In this document: positions 8,781 through 17,409 of the stretch, piece by piece
Numbering within the stretch: position 1 is the first letter of the stretch
Layout of the letters: the number at the start of each line of letters is the position of its first letter
Assembly: GCA_003648225.1 (NCBI GenBank)
Contig: QMOL01000001.1
Span: forward strand, 1 to 36,611
Direction of reading: 5' to 3'
DNA from: Chlamydiota bacterium
Lineage (GTDB): Bacteria > Auribacterota > UBA3054 > B51-G9
Length of the DNA stretch: 36,611 nt
Made by a program: the position numbers and the translations under genes
Notes under the pieces: model-generated
Seen by the model: only the letters and a program-made list of their open reading frames with translations
What the model was told of the DNA's origin: nothing
The model's database searches: none

Positions 8781-10112
8781 ATGAAAACGCAGGCAACAAT
8801 TAAAAGAGCAGGTGATTTTATTCGAAACTCCGCAACACTAAAAATTTTCTCAATAGGATTATTTGTCATGATCCTTTTGGTTCCGGCATCAATGGTTTCC
8901 TCTTTAATGCGTGAAAGAAAGTTGCGAAGAGATTCTGTTGTTCAGGAAATAAATCACAAATGGGGAAATAGTCAAACCATTACATGTCCGTTTTTTACAG
9001 TTCCATATAAATCATTTTACAGGGACAAAAATGATAAGTTAAAATTCAATATTCATTATTTGCATGTTCTGCCTGAAAAGCTTACTGTTTCCGGGCAGAT
9101 AAATCCGGAAATCAGATATAGAAGCATTTATGAAGCTGTTTTATATAACGTTAAACTCAACATAAATGGTAATTTCATTTTGCCTGAACTTAACCAGTCA
9201 AATATCGACCCGGAAAATGTTCTTTGGGATAAAGCAATATTTTCCATTGGTATTACCGATATGAGAGGAATTCAAGATAATATATGTGTCCTTTTTAACG
9301 GGAAAAAATATGATGTAAGTCCGGGATTAAAAACAACCGACCTCGCTTCCGCGGGTTTACATTGTGTCATTCCTTTGTCTTCAGCCAAAGGAGAAAATTT
9401 ATTTTCATTCCGGCTTAACCTTAACGGCAGCGAAAACATTCAATTTATTCCTATTGGCAAAACAACTGATGTCAGTTTAAAATCAAGCTGGGCTTCTCCA
9501 AGTTTTAACGGTTCATTCCTACCTGTTACAAGAAAAATAAGCAGTGCCGGATTTACAGCCGAATGGAACATTTTACATTTGAACAGGAATTTTCCACAAT
9601 TTTGGTTGGACAATCAATATAAGATAACTGATTCTTCTTTTGGTTTAAAATTACTGATCACAACCAACATATATCAAAAATCTATCAGGATATCAAAATA
9701 TGCGTTAATATTTATTATTTTCACATTTGCAGCTTTTTTCTTCTCAGAAATTATCAGTAAAAAAAGAGTTCATCCTATTCAGTACATTTTAATCGGATTA
9801 GCTATTCTTTTATTTTATATTCTTCTTCTTTCAATTTCTGAACATTTGAATTTTGATATTGCTTATATTTTATCAGCTTTAGTTACAACTATTTTAATTA
9901 CCGGTTACTCAAAAGGCATTCTTAAAAACAATCGTTTCACACTCGCTGTTTTTGGAATTCTGATTGTTCTATACTCATACTTATATGTTGTTCTCCAACT
10001 TGAAGATTATGCCTTAATTATGGGCAGTATCGGTCTGCTGTTTGTATTAAGCACAGTAATGTACATAACGAGGAAAATAGACTGGTATTCTTTGGAGAAA
10101 AAGGGGGAATAA
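8781..10112 (+). CDS. creD: Inner membrane protein CreD
   Basis: RYRSIYEAVLY, GITDMRGI, LNGS, WASPSFNGSFLP, KYALIFI, HPIQYILIGLA, LSISEH, EDYALIMGS and MYITRKIDWY. Confidence 0.95.
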   Translation: MKTQATIKRAGDFIRNSATLKIFSIGLFVMILLVPASMVSSLMRERKLRRDSVVQEINHKWGNSQTITCPFFTVPYKSFYRDKNDKLKFNIHYLHVLPEKLTVSGQINPEIRYRSIYEAVLYNVKLNINGNFILPELNQSNIDPENVLWDKAIFSIGITDMRGIQDNICVLFNGKKYDVSPGLKTTDLASAGLHCVIPLSSAKGENLFSFRLNLNGSENIQFIPIGKTTDVSLKSSWASPSFNGSFLPVTRKISSAGFTAEWNILHLNRNFPQFWLDNQYKITDSSFGLKLLITTNIYQKSIRISKYALIFIIFTFAAFFFSEIISKKRVHPIQYILIGLAILLFYILLLSISEHLNFDIAYILSALVTTILITGYSKGILKNNRFTLAVFGILIVLYSYLYVVLQLEDYALIMGSIGLLFVLSTVMYITRKIDWYSLEKKGE

Positions 10113-10124
10113 TTTATCAAAACA

Positions 10125-10607
10125 ATGTATTATTTATATTTAATAACCGGATTGGCACTATTACTTTCTGTCATTACAGACAGAAAAAAGACAACTGCCG
10201 CTATAAAAATTTCCTACAAAAAATTCGTTAATATTTTACCGGCATTTTTAATTATGCTCATTTTTGTTTCTCTTGTTCTATTCTTTGTTCCAGATAAAAT
10301 GATCTCAAATTATTTGGGAAATAATGATAAAATTACCGGTATCGCTTTAGCTTCGCTTTTCGGTTCAATAACTTTAATGCCGGGATTTATTGCTTATCCG
10401 CTGTGCGGTATTTTGTTGGAAAAAGGCGTTAGTTATATGGTCCTGGCAGCTTTCTCCACTACTTTAATGATGGTTGGTATTCTTACATATCCAATAGAAA
10501 AAGAATATTTCGGGATTAAAGTTACTATTATAAGAAATGTAATCAGTTTGGTTATCGCGCTTATTATCGCATTAGCAATCGGCATTTTCTACGGTGAATT
10601 ATTATGA
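10125..10607 (+). CDS. Predicted permease subunit (ArsP/DUF318-like half)
   Basis: Multi-TM, GSITLMPGFIAYPL and EKEYFG motifs. Overlaps the next permease gene by 4 bp. Confidence 0.75.
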   Translation: MYYLYLITGLALLLSVITDRKKTTAAIKISYKKFVNILPAFLIMLIFVSLVLFFVPDKMISNYLGNNDKITGIALASLFGSITLMPGFIAYPLCGILLEKGVSYMVLAAFSTTLMMVGILTYPIEKEYFGIKVTIIRNVISLVIALIIALAIGIFYGELL

Positions 10608-11137
10608 AGATGCAAAACAAGTATATTAAAATATTCTTAATAGGAATTTATTTCGCTTTTGTTCTATGCTCTTTTATGTTCGGATTTGAACAAGGAAAAC
10701 AAATAGGTCATAACTTCATTTCCTTTTCCATTGGAATGTTGAAAATTTTGCCCTGCGCGTTTATTCTAATCGGTTTGTTTGAAGTATGGGTGAAAAAGGA
10801 AAAAGTCGAAAAACATTTGGGAAAAGATTCCGGCATTGCAGGCTACATCTGGATTATTCTTCTTGCCGGAACCACTGTTGGAGGATTGTATGTAGCTTTC
10901 CCCGTTGCCTCCTCCTTATTTAAAAAAGGCGCGAAACTTTCTATTATTTTTACATACATTGGCGCAGCCGCGATTTGCCGAATTCCGATGACAATTTTTG
11001 AAGCGTCATTTTTAGGTATAAAATTCAGTTTGATAAGATTGATTATTTCTATACCGTTAGTGATTTTAAGCTCCGTATTGCTCGGGAAATATTTAGAAAA
11101 AAATAATTACAAAATTGTAACACAAAATCAATCATAA
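10604..11137 (+). CDS. Predicted permease subunit (ArsP/DUF318-like half)
   Basis: Multi-TM, GLFEVWV, HLGKDSG, GGLYVAFPVA and FEASFLG motifs. Confidence 0.75.
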   Translation: MKMQNKYIKIFLIGIYFAFVLCSFMFGFEQGKQIGHNFISFSIGMLKILPCAFILIGLFEVWVKKEKVEKHLGKDSGIAGYIWIILLAGTTVGGLYVAFPVASSLFKKGAKLSIIFTYIGAAAICRIPMTIFEASFLGIKFSLIRLIISIPLVILSSVLLGKYLEKNNYKIVTQNQS

Positions 11138-11162
11138 CGCATAATCTTTCAAGAAAACCTAT

Positions 11163-13898
11163 ATGAAGAAACTTTTATTGATAATCGGATTTGTCACAAT
11201 TTTGCTTACCGGATGTACTGCGGTTAATTCAGATTCAACCGTTTCGAAAAGCGAAATAAAATCTAAAATAATTCCAGAAAAATCCAATTGGGATGAAACC
11301 GCTTCGGTAGGCATTAAATCCAATCGCATTATTCTTCCAAACAGTCAAACTCTAACTCCGGCCGGAAAAACAACTGAGCTTCCCGGCATGCGGCCGGTCA
11401 CTGTATCGATTTCGCCTGATGGAAAGCTTTTAGCAACATCAGGTAAAACAAGTAAATTGTTGATTTTCAATCTTCCCGCAACCAATGCGCCGCATTTCAT
11501 CTCACTTCCGGGCGAAGAAGATTTGGTTGAAAGAATGGAAACACATGAGATAAATCCTGATAAAAGCGGGCAGATAAGTTATACGGGACTTGTTTTTTCT
11601 CCCGACGGGAAGCGAATTTATCTCAGTAATGTCAATGGAAGTATTAAAGTTTTTTCCGTAGCGGTAAACGGTATTGTCCGCCCGGCCGGAACATGGAAAT
11701 TACCGGGAAAAGCCGCTCCGGAACGAAACAACGAAATCCCCGCCGGATTAGCTGTTTCGGCTGATGGAAAACGTCTTTATGTCTGCGGGAGTTTATCTAA
11801 TAAACTTCTTGAACTCGATACCGCAACCGGCAAAGTTTTGCGCAGTATTCCGGTAGGCATGATTCCTTTTCAGGTAAAAGTTCAAAACGGCATCGCTTAT
11901 GTCAGTAATCGCGCGGGACGGAGACCAAACAAAAATGACGCAACCGAAACTTCAGGGCGGGGAGTTAATGTGCGGGTTACCGGTCCGCTTTCTCTTGTTG
12001 CTCCCGGAACTGTAAGTGTTATTGATTTAAAGACGGGGAATTCTCTTGCTGAGATTGAAGTTGGGCAACAGCCCGGCGCGATGATATTTTCACCGGATAA
12101 GAATTATCTTATTGTTGCTAATGCTGATGACGATACACTCAGCGTTATTGATATTCAAAGTTTGAAAGTTATCGAAACTCCATCTGTTCGTTGGAAAGCA
12201 GATGATCCGTTTGGAGCATCGCCTACAGCTTTAACCTTCATCGGCGACTCCACACTTGCCGTTTGTCTGGGCACGCAAAATACGTTAGCTATTTTTAATT
12301 TTATTCCCGGGAAAACAACTTTATCGGGAATGATTCCAACCGCTTGGTTTCCTTCCGGAGTTGTTTATGATGCTAAGCGCCGCACAATTCATATTTCAAA
12401 TATGAAAGGTTTCGGTTCCGGAGCGAATCTTATAAAAGAAGGTAAAAAATCTAATTCCCGTATATATTTTGGAACCATCTCACATATTCCTTTGCCAAAC
12501 CTTGACGACGAAGATGAACTTGAAGAATTAACCGAGCAAGTACTTGACAATTACCGCATAGATGTGGTTCGGAGAGCTTTACTGCCCCCCCGTTCAAATC
12601 GAAAAGCCGTTCCTGTTCCTGAGCGGTCAGGTGAGCCGAGTGTTTTTAAACATGTCATATATATTATCCGTGAAAACCGGACTTACGACCAAGTGTTAGG
12701 AGATATAACTGAAGGCGAAGGCGATAAAACTCTCTGTATTTTCGGTGAAAAATTAACGCCTAATATTCATAAGATGGTGCGGGACTTTGTTCTTTTAGAT
12801 AATATCTATTGCTCAGGTATTTTGAGCGCCGATGGGCATAACTGGTGTCTTTCGGCCTTTGCTAACGATTATCTTGAACGCAGTTTCGCAGGCTGGCCAA
12901 GAGCTTATCCGGACAGTTTGGGCAAAAATGATATTGATGTAATGGCTTGGTCACCACAAGGATTTCTTTGGAGCGCGGCAGCAAAAGCCGGGCAGTCAGT
13001 TCGTGTTTACGGTGAAATGTGTCTTGGCAGTACAATGTTTACCGACCCTAAAAAAAAGGGGAAGCCATCTTTCACCGATTTTTATCTTGACCGCGTTAAC
13101 GGGACAAAGTTGTGTACTTTCAAAGTAAAACCTGCTCATAAATCAGTAGCCCCGTTTCTCGCGACAAATTATCCCGCATGGGCAGCAAGCATTCCCGACC
13201 AAACCCGTGCGGATATTTTTATTAATCACCTTAAAGCTTGCGAACGTGGTGAAGCGGAATTTGAAAATCTTCATATTCTTTCAGTTCATAACAATCATAC
13301 GTCAGGAACTCTTGCCGGTTATCCCACTCCGGCTGCGGCTGTCGCCGATAACGACCTTGCTCTCGGTCGTATTATCGAAGCCGTCAGTAAAAGTTCTTTT
13401 TGGAAGGACACTTGTATTTTCAGTATTGAGGATGACCCTCAGGCAGGGTGGGACCATATCAGCGGATTTCGCACTGACTGCCAGGTTGTCAGTCCCTACA
13501 CCAAGCGCAAAAAAGTGATTTCGAGTCATTTCAACCAGCCGGGTTTAATTCGCACTATTGGTTTAATTCTTGGTTTTCCACCTTTAAATCAGATGGATGC
13601 CGGTTCCACACCGCTGCGTGATTGTTTCACGGACATTCCTGATTTTACGCCCTATCTGGCTGTTTCAAATCAAGTTCCTCTTAATCAAATTAACCCGTCT
13701 GCTACTGCACTAACGGATCCTAAAATGAAGAGTTATGCAGAAATTTCTGAAACAATGCCTTTCGATCGAGTCGATGCCTGTAATGAAGATTTACTCAACC
13801 ATATTCTCTGGTTTGCCATGAAAGGTTCACAGTCCACTTATCCAAAATGGGCAGTTATTCCTGTTGAATTACGAGGAATAGATGATGACGATGATTAA
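11163..13898 (+). CDS. Lipoprotein: YncE/YVTN-type beta-propeller fused to an alkaline-phosphatase-superfamily (phosphoesterase) domain
   Basis: Lipobox LTG-C, SPDGK propeller repeats, KHVIYIIRENRTYDQVLGD, SADGHNW, ADNDLALGRIIE and EDDPQAGWDH. Confidence 0.88.
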   Translation: MKKLLLIIGFVTILLTGCTAVNSDSTVSKSEIKSKIIPEKSNWDETASVGIKSNRIILPNSQTLTPAGKTTELPGMRPVTVSISPDGKLLATSGKTSKLLIFNLPATNAPHFISLPGEEDLVERMETHEINPDKSGQISYTGLVFSPDGKRIYLSNVNGSIKVFSVAVNGIVRPAGTWKLPGKAAPERNNEIPAGLAVSADGKRLYVCGSLSNKLLELDTATGKVLRSIPVGMIPFQVKVQNGIAYVSNRAGRRPNKNDATETSGRGVNVRVTGPLSLVAPGTVSVIDLKTGNSLAEIEVGQQPGAMIFSPDKNYLIVANADDDTLSVIDIQSLKVIETPSVRWKADDPFGASPTALTFIGDSTLAVCLGTQNTLAIFNFIPGKTTLSGMIPTAWFPSGVVYDAKRRTIHISNMKGFGSGANLIKEGKKSNSRIYFGTISHIPLPNLDDEDELEELTEQVLDNYRIDVVRRALLPPRSNRKAVPVPERSGEPSVFKHVIYIIRENRTYDQVLGDITEGEGDKTLCIFGEKLTPNIHKMVRDFVLLDNIYCSGILSADGHNWCLSAFANDYLERSFAGWPRAYPDSLGKNDIDVMAWSPQGFLWSAAAKAGQSVRVYGEMCLGSTMFTDPKKKGKPSFTDFYLDRVNGTKLCTFKVKPAHKSVAPFLATNYPAWAASIPDQTRADIFINHLKACERGEAEFENLHILSVHNNHTSGTLAGYPTPAAAVADNDLALGRIIEAVSKSSFWKDTCIFSIEDDPQAGWDHISGFRTDCQVVSPYTKRKKVISSHFNQPGLIRTIGLILGFPPLNQMDAGSTPLRDCFTDIPDFTPYLAVSNQVPLNQINPSATALTDPKMKSYAEISETMPFDRVDACNEDLLNHILWFAMKGSQSTYPKWAVIPVELRGIDDDDD

Positions 13899-13956
13899 AA
13901 TAAAAGTATAATTTTTCCAAGTGATAAATTTATAAAAAAACTAAGGAGAAGAAATA

Positions 13957-14619
13957 ATGAAATTACGTTGTTTGTCAATTTTACTCTGTTTACTATTTTT
14001 CCCTGCCAAAATCAATGCAAAAAAAATTGTTTTGAAAAATTATATTATTGTGGTTGCATTAGAATCAGAAACCTCCTGTTCCGATTTGAATAAATTCGCT
14101 CCTGTTGTTTATACGGGAATGGGAAAGGTCAATGCCGCAATTAAACTTTATGATGCTATTTTACTTTACCATCCTGATTTAGTTATTAATTACGGTACCG
14201 CCGGGGCAATAAACAATAGTAATGGACTTTTCCATATTGATACTTTCATACAAAGGGATATGGATGCACGGGCATTAGGCGTTCCGCGTGGTGTTACGCC
14301 ATTTTCGAATCAAGAGTTACCACTCGCTAAAGGTATTGTTTTAGGAACCGGAGACTCTTTTGTAACAAATCAAAAAAAACAATTGGAAGGCCTTGATATT
14401 CAACTCAATCTGGTAGATATGGAAGGATTCGCTTTGATGAAAGTTTGCAAACATCATGGAATTGAATTTCAATGTTATAAATTTGTTACTGATGTTTCAG
14501 ATTCTGCTGCTTCATCTAAATGGAAGAAAAGCATTTCAAGCGGAATAGAAGTGTTTAAAAAAATGCTGTGTGAAAAATATGGCATTTCTAAATTAACTAA
14601 ATTGATAGTTCAAAGGTAA
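13957..14619 (+). CDS. MTA/SAH-nucleosidase-like protein (PNP_UDP_1 fold) with predicted signal peptide
   Basis: ALESE, TGMGKVNAA, INYGTAG, TGDSFV, VDMEGFA and KFVTD motifs. N-terminus MKLRCLSILLCLLFFPAKINA. AGGAG upstream. Confidence 0.85.
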   Translation: MKLRCLSILLCLLFFPAKINAKKIVLKNYIIVVALESETSCSDLNKFAPVVYTGMGKVNAAIKLYDAILLYHPDLVINYGTAGAINNSNGLFHIDTFIQRDMDARALGVPRGVTPFSNQELPLAKGIVLGTGDSFVTNQKKQLEGLDIQLNLVDMEGFALMKVCKHHGIEFQCYKFVTDVSDSAASSKWKKSISSGIEVFKKMLCEKYGISKLTKLIVQR

Positions 14620-14653
14620 AAGACAACTAAATAAATTCAAAACAAAGGAAAAA

Positions 14654-15307
14654 ATGAAAATTAAAAACGGAAATTCACTTCTCTTTATAGGGGATTCTAT
14701 AACAGATTGCGGGCGCGCGCGACCGGTTGGTACCGGAATAGGATTGGGAGAAAGTTATGTTGCTTTTGTTAATAGCCTTCTTACAGCATTCTATCCCGCG
14801 CGCGAAATAACAGTTTTAAATACCGGAATAAGCGGGAACAGAGTTATCGACCTCGAAGCGCGCTGGCAGACGGATGTATTGGATTTAGCACCCGACTGGC
14901 TCTCGGTAATGATTGGAATCAACGATGTTTGGCGGCAATTCGATGACTATCTTAACCCTAATCAAGTTACAATTAGCATTTATGAAAGTATTTATCGTAA
15001 TATCTTGGAACAGACGCGTCGAAACTTAAAAGGTCTTGTACTAATGACACCCTATTACATCGAAACGAATTTGTCTGACCCAATGCGCGAACGCATGGAT
15101 AAATATGGAAAGGTAGTTGAAAAACTCGCTCATGAGTTTGATGCAATTTTTGTCAATGTGCAAACCGCATTTGACTTTCATCTTACTCATCGGCCAACGC
15201 AGTCGTTGTGTAGCGATCGTGTTCATCCCAACCAAACAGGTCACATGATTATAGCCAAATCTTTTCTGACGGCTGTAGGATTTGACTGGAATTTGGCTTT
15301 AGATTGA
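14654..15307 (+). CDS. SGNH/GDSL hydrolase
   Basis: GDSITD, NTGISG, GINDV and DRVHP blocks. Confidence 0.93.
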   Translation: MKIKNGNSLLFIGDSITDCGRARPVGTGIGLGESYVAFVNSLLTAFYPAREITVLNTGISGNRVIDLEARWQTDVLDLAPDWLSVMIGINDVWRQFDDYLNPNQVTISIYESIYRNILEQTRRNLKGLVLMTPYYIETNLSDPMRERMDKYGKVVEKLAHEFDAIFVNVQTAFDFHLTHRPTQSLCSDRVHPNQTGHMIIAKSFLTAVGFDWNLALD

Positions 15308-15486
15308 TGCTTGTTTTTGGTATAATAAGTAAATGTTATCAACAACTTAACAATATAAAAAATCTGGGATGAATTAATTGTTGAACAAACTTTTATACTT
15401 TTTGAGTTTAAAACCGCACGACTCGGCTGTAAGACCTCATTAGGAAAAGTTGACGCACATTTGGACACACAATTAAAAGCATAATA

Positions 15487-16041
15487 ATGAGAATAAAAAT
15501 GAAAACTATATTAATCCTTATTGCAATATTTGCACTCGGTTTCTCAAACATTAGTTCGGCTAATCTTGTTTCTGTAATCAGTACAAATAACGGCAGCGGA
15601 CTTTTTACTTACAAAATCAGCGCGGGCATTGATCCGTATTTTTTCGGTGGAAATACAAACTTTCTGAAAATTATCATTCCTTCCGTTGCCGTTGTTTCTA
15701 CAATTGACCCGCCTGGCTGGATTTCTACAATTAATATTGATGATACTATAACGTGGGAATGTACAAATCCTGTTTTAAATTATGTTGATTATGATTTAGT
15801 TGATTTTTCATTACAAAGTTCAATATTGATCGCCACAAATTATCCGATTAACAAAACGGGTCTCGTTCAGGGAGAAATTTATAATACCAATCACTCTATT
15901 TATAGTTCTGTTCCGACAAATACAATGGTTTCCGTTAACACGGTTGGGTTTGAATATTTTGAGATCGAGGGTCCGGCGATACCTGAGCCTTACATTATTA
16001 TATTATTTTTCCCTTTATTGATTATGATTATACGGAGGTGA
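15487..16041 (+). CDS. PEP-CTERM sorting-domain surface protein
   Basis: Signal peptide (start may be ATG 15499), S/T/N-rich body, C-terminal IPEP + hydrophobic helix + RR. Confidence 0.8.
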   Translation: MRIKMKTILILIAIFALGFSNISSANLVSVISTNNGSGLFTYKISAGIDPYFFGGNTNFLKIIIPSVAVVSTIDPPGWISTINIDDTITWECTNPVLNYVDYDLVDFSLQSSILIATNYPINKTGLVQGEIYNTNHSIYSSVPTNTMVSVNTVGFEYFEIEGPAIPEPYIIILFFPLLIMIIRR

Positions 16042-16085
16042 TATGTCTCAATGAATTTTTTATGGGAAAAAAATTAGAAAATAAG

Positions 16086-16109
16086 AAGCCGCACTTAAAA
16101 GTGCGGCTT
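16086..16109. terminator. Intrinsic terminator hairpin between convergent genes
   Basis: AAGCCGCACT-taaa-AGTGCGGCTT. Confidence 0.75.
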
Positions 16110-16141
16110 ACTTTTGCAAAATTCGATTTTTTAAGTAATCT

Positions 16142-16693
16142 TTATTTCATCGCTTTAATTACTGACTTAACTTTATTTTTTGCGATTTTTTTAGTTTCAG
16201 TCTTTTTAACTTTTTTCTCTGTTCTATCTCTCAGAGCCTTTTCCACAACCTGATCAAGTCCACCCACAGGATGTCCTTCCCAAATTATTTTACCATCAAC
16301 AATAACAAAAGCGTTAGGAATGCTGCGAATAGCATATTTTTGACTCGAAGTACTTCCTGTACCAACGATATAATTCATTTTCATTTTTTTGACAAACTTA
16401 TCAATTTCAGTTGATTTTTTTTCGTTTGTCAGGCCAATAACAATCAATCCTTCGTCTTTGTTTTTATTATAAAGCTTTACAAGATGAGGGATTGCCTTAC
16501 GGCACGGCGGGCACCATGTTGCCCAGAATTCAACAACTACAACTTTATTTTTGAATTGTTCAAGTGAGACGTTTTCACCTGCGTTAATCCAATTTTTAGC
16601 ATTAATTTCCGGCGCATCACTACCAACAAGGCCAGCGAAAGAATTTCCAACAAAAATCAAACTAATAATTAAGGATGCGATAATTTTCTTCAT
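16142..16693 (-). CDS. Exported TlpA/ResA-family thiol-disulfide oxidoreductase
   Basis: Signal peptide, VVEFWATWCPPC, cis-Pro loop SIP and a Lys-rich C-terminal tail. GGAG upstream. Confidence 0.9.
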   Translation of the reverse strand: MKKIIASLIISLIFVGNSFAGLVGSDAPEINAKNWINAGENVSLEQFKNKVVVVEFWATWCPPCRKAIPHLVKLYNKNKDEGLIVIGLTNEKKSTEIDKFVKKMKMNYIVGTGSTSSQKYAIRSIPNAFVIVDGKIIWEGHPVGGLDQVVEKALRDRTEKKVKKTETKKIAKNKVKSVIKAMK

Positions 16694-16907
16694 TTTTTTA
16701 CTCCATTTTTGAGTTTTGAGTTAAACCGATTATATCGGCATTTATTTTGAGCATCAATTTTTTGACGAGTACAAATCAAATTTATTCATTATTATATCAA
16801 TTTAAGCAATAAAATAAAAGCAGGCATGAATATTTTAACGCAAAATATTTATTTAATCACGGATATTCAATATTCTATACTTTCAGTGATTAAATTAAAA
16901 ATTGAAA

Positions 16908-16985
16908 AAATAATGAACGATTGAACTGAGCAGCGGCACCAAAAACAGGTAGTCAAGCCGTCTGCTCCAATGATCTTGTTATTTG
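16908..16985 (-). mobile_element. Solitary, degenerate integron attC-like site
   Basis: Minus strand reads AAATAAC-aagatc-ATTGGAGC-AGACGGC-loop-GCCGCT-GCTCAGT-tcaatc-GTT(CATT)ATTT, i.e. R''/L''/L'/R' order with two unpaired bases in the left arm. Confidence 0.65.
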
Positions 16986-17164
16986 TTAAAATTAATATCT
17001 TTGACACGAATTTACACGAATTTATTTATTTGAAAATTGGATATTCCTGCTGTAAGTTCGCCTTTGGAGGATTCGATATTGGATATTTAATTTTTTTTAC
17101 TTTCCAAACGTTACTTCGGAAATAACGATATAAGTATACGACTTATTATTTAAATAATAGTAAT

Positions 17165-17193
17165 ATAATAACCATAAGATTACTTTTTGTCAA
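17165..17193 (-). promoter_or_regulatory. Near-consensus sigma-70 promoter with no adjacent ORF
   Basis: TTGACA-N17-TATTAT on the minus strand, pointing toward the attC-like site. Confidence 0.45.
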
Positions 17194-17220
17194 ATTGAAC
17201 CCTCTATTCTGCTTGGGTAT

Positions 17221-17295
17221 ATAATCGGTGCCTGATAATCGGTGCCTGACCCCCTAGTGGTCAAGTGTAGACTTGACAACTTGGCGCCTGACCCC
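17221..17295. repeat. REP-like/transposon-end remnant cluster
   Basis: ATAATCGGTGCCTG twice in tandem followed by ACCCC, palindrome GTCAAGT-gtag-ACTTGAC, and a third copy GGCGCCTGACCCC. Confidence 0.55.
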
Positions 17296-17409
17296 ATTAA
17301 TTATTTAATAATCAGAAAAATTGACAGGATCATAATCTTTTGTATTAATTTCGTGTTTTTTGTGCTTTTCCCCGATGAGTTACACTATCGGGACAGGCGT
17401 GGTTAAAGT

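Noticed and set aside
15359..15484. Short start-less open frame (KIWDELIVEQ...TQLKA) before the PEP-CTERM gene, containing TGACGCACATTT like the ECF -10
   Set aside because: No start codon or recognisable homology, and the ECF -35 half is absent.
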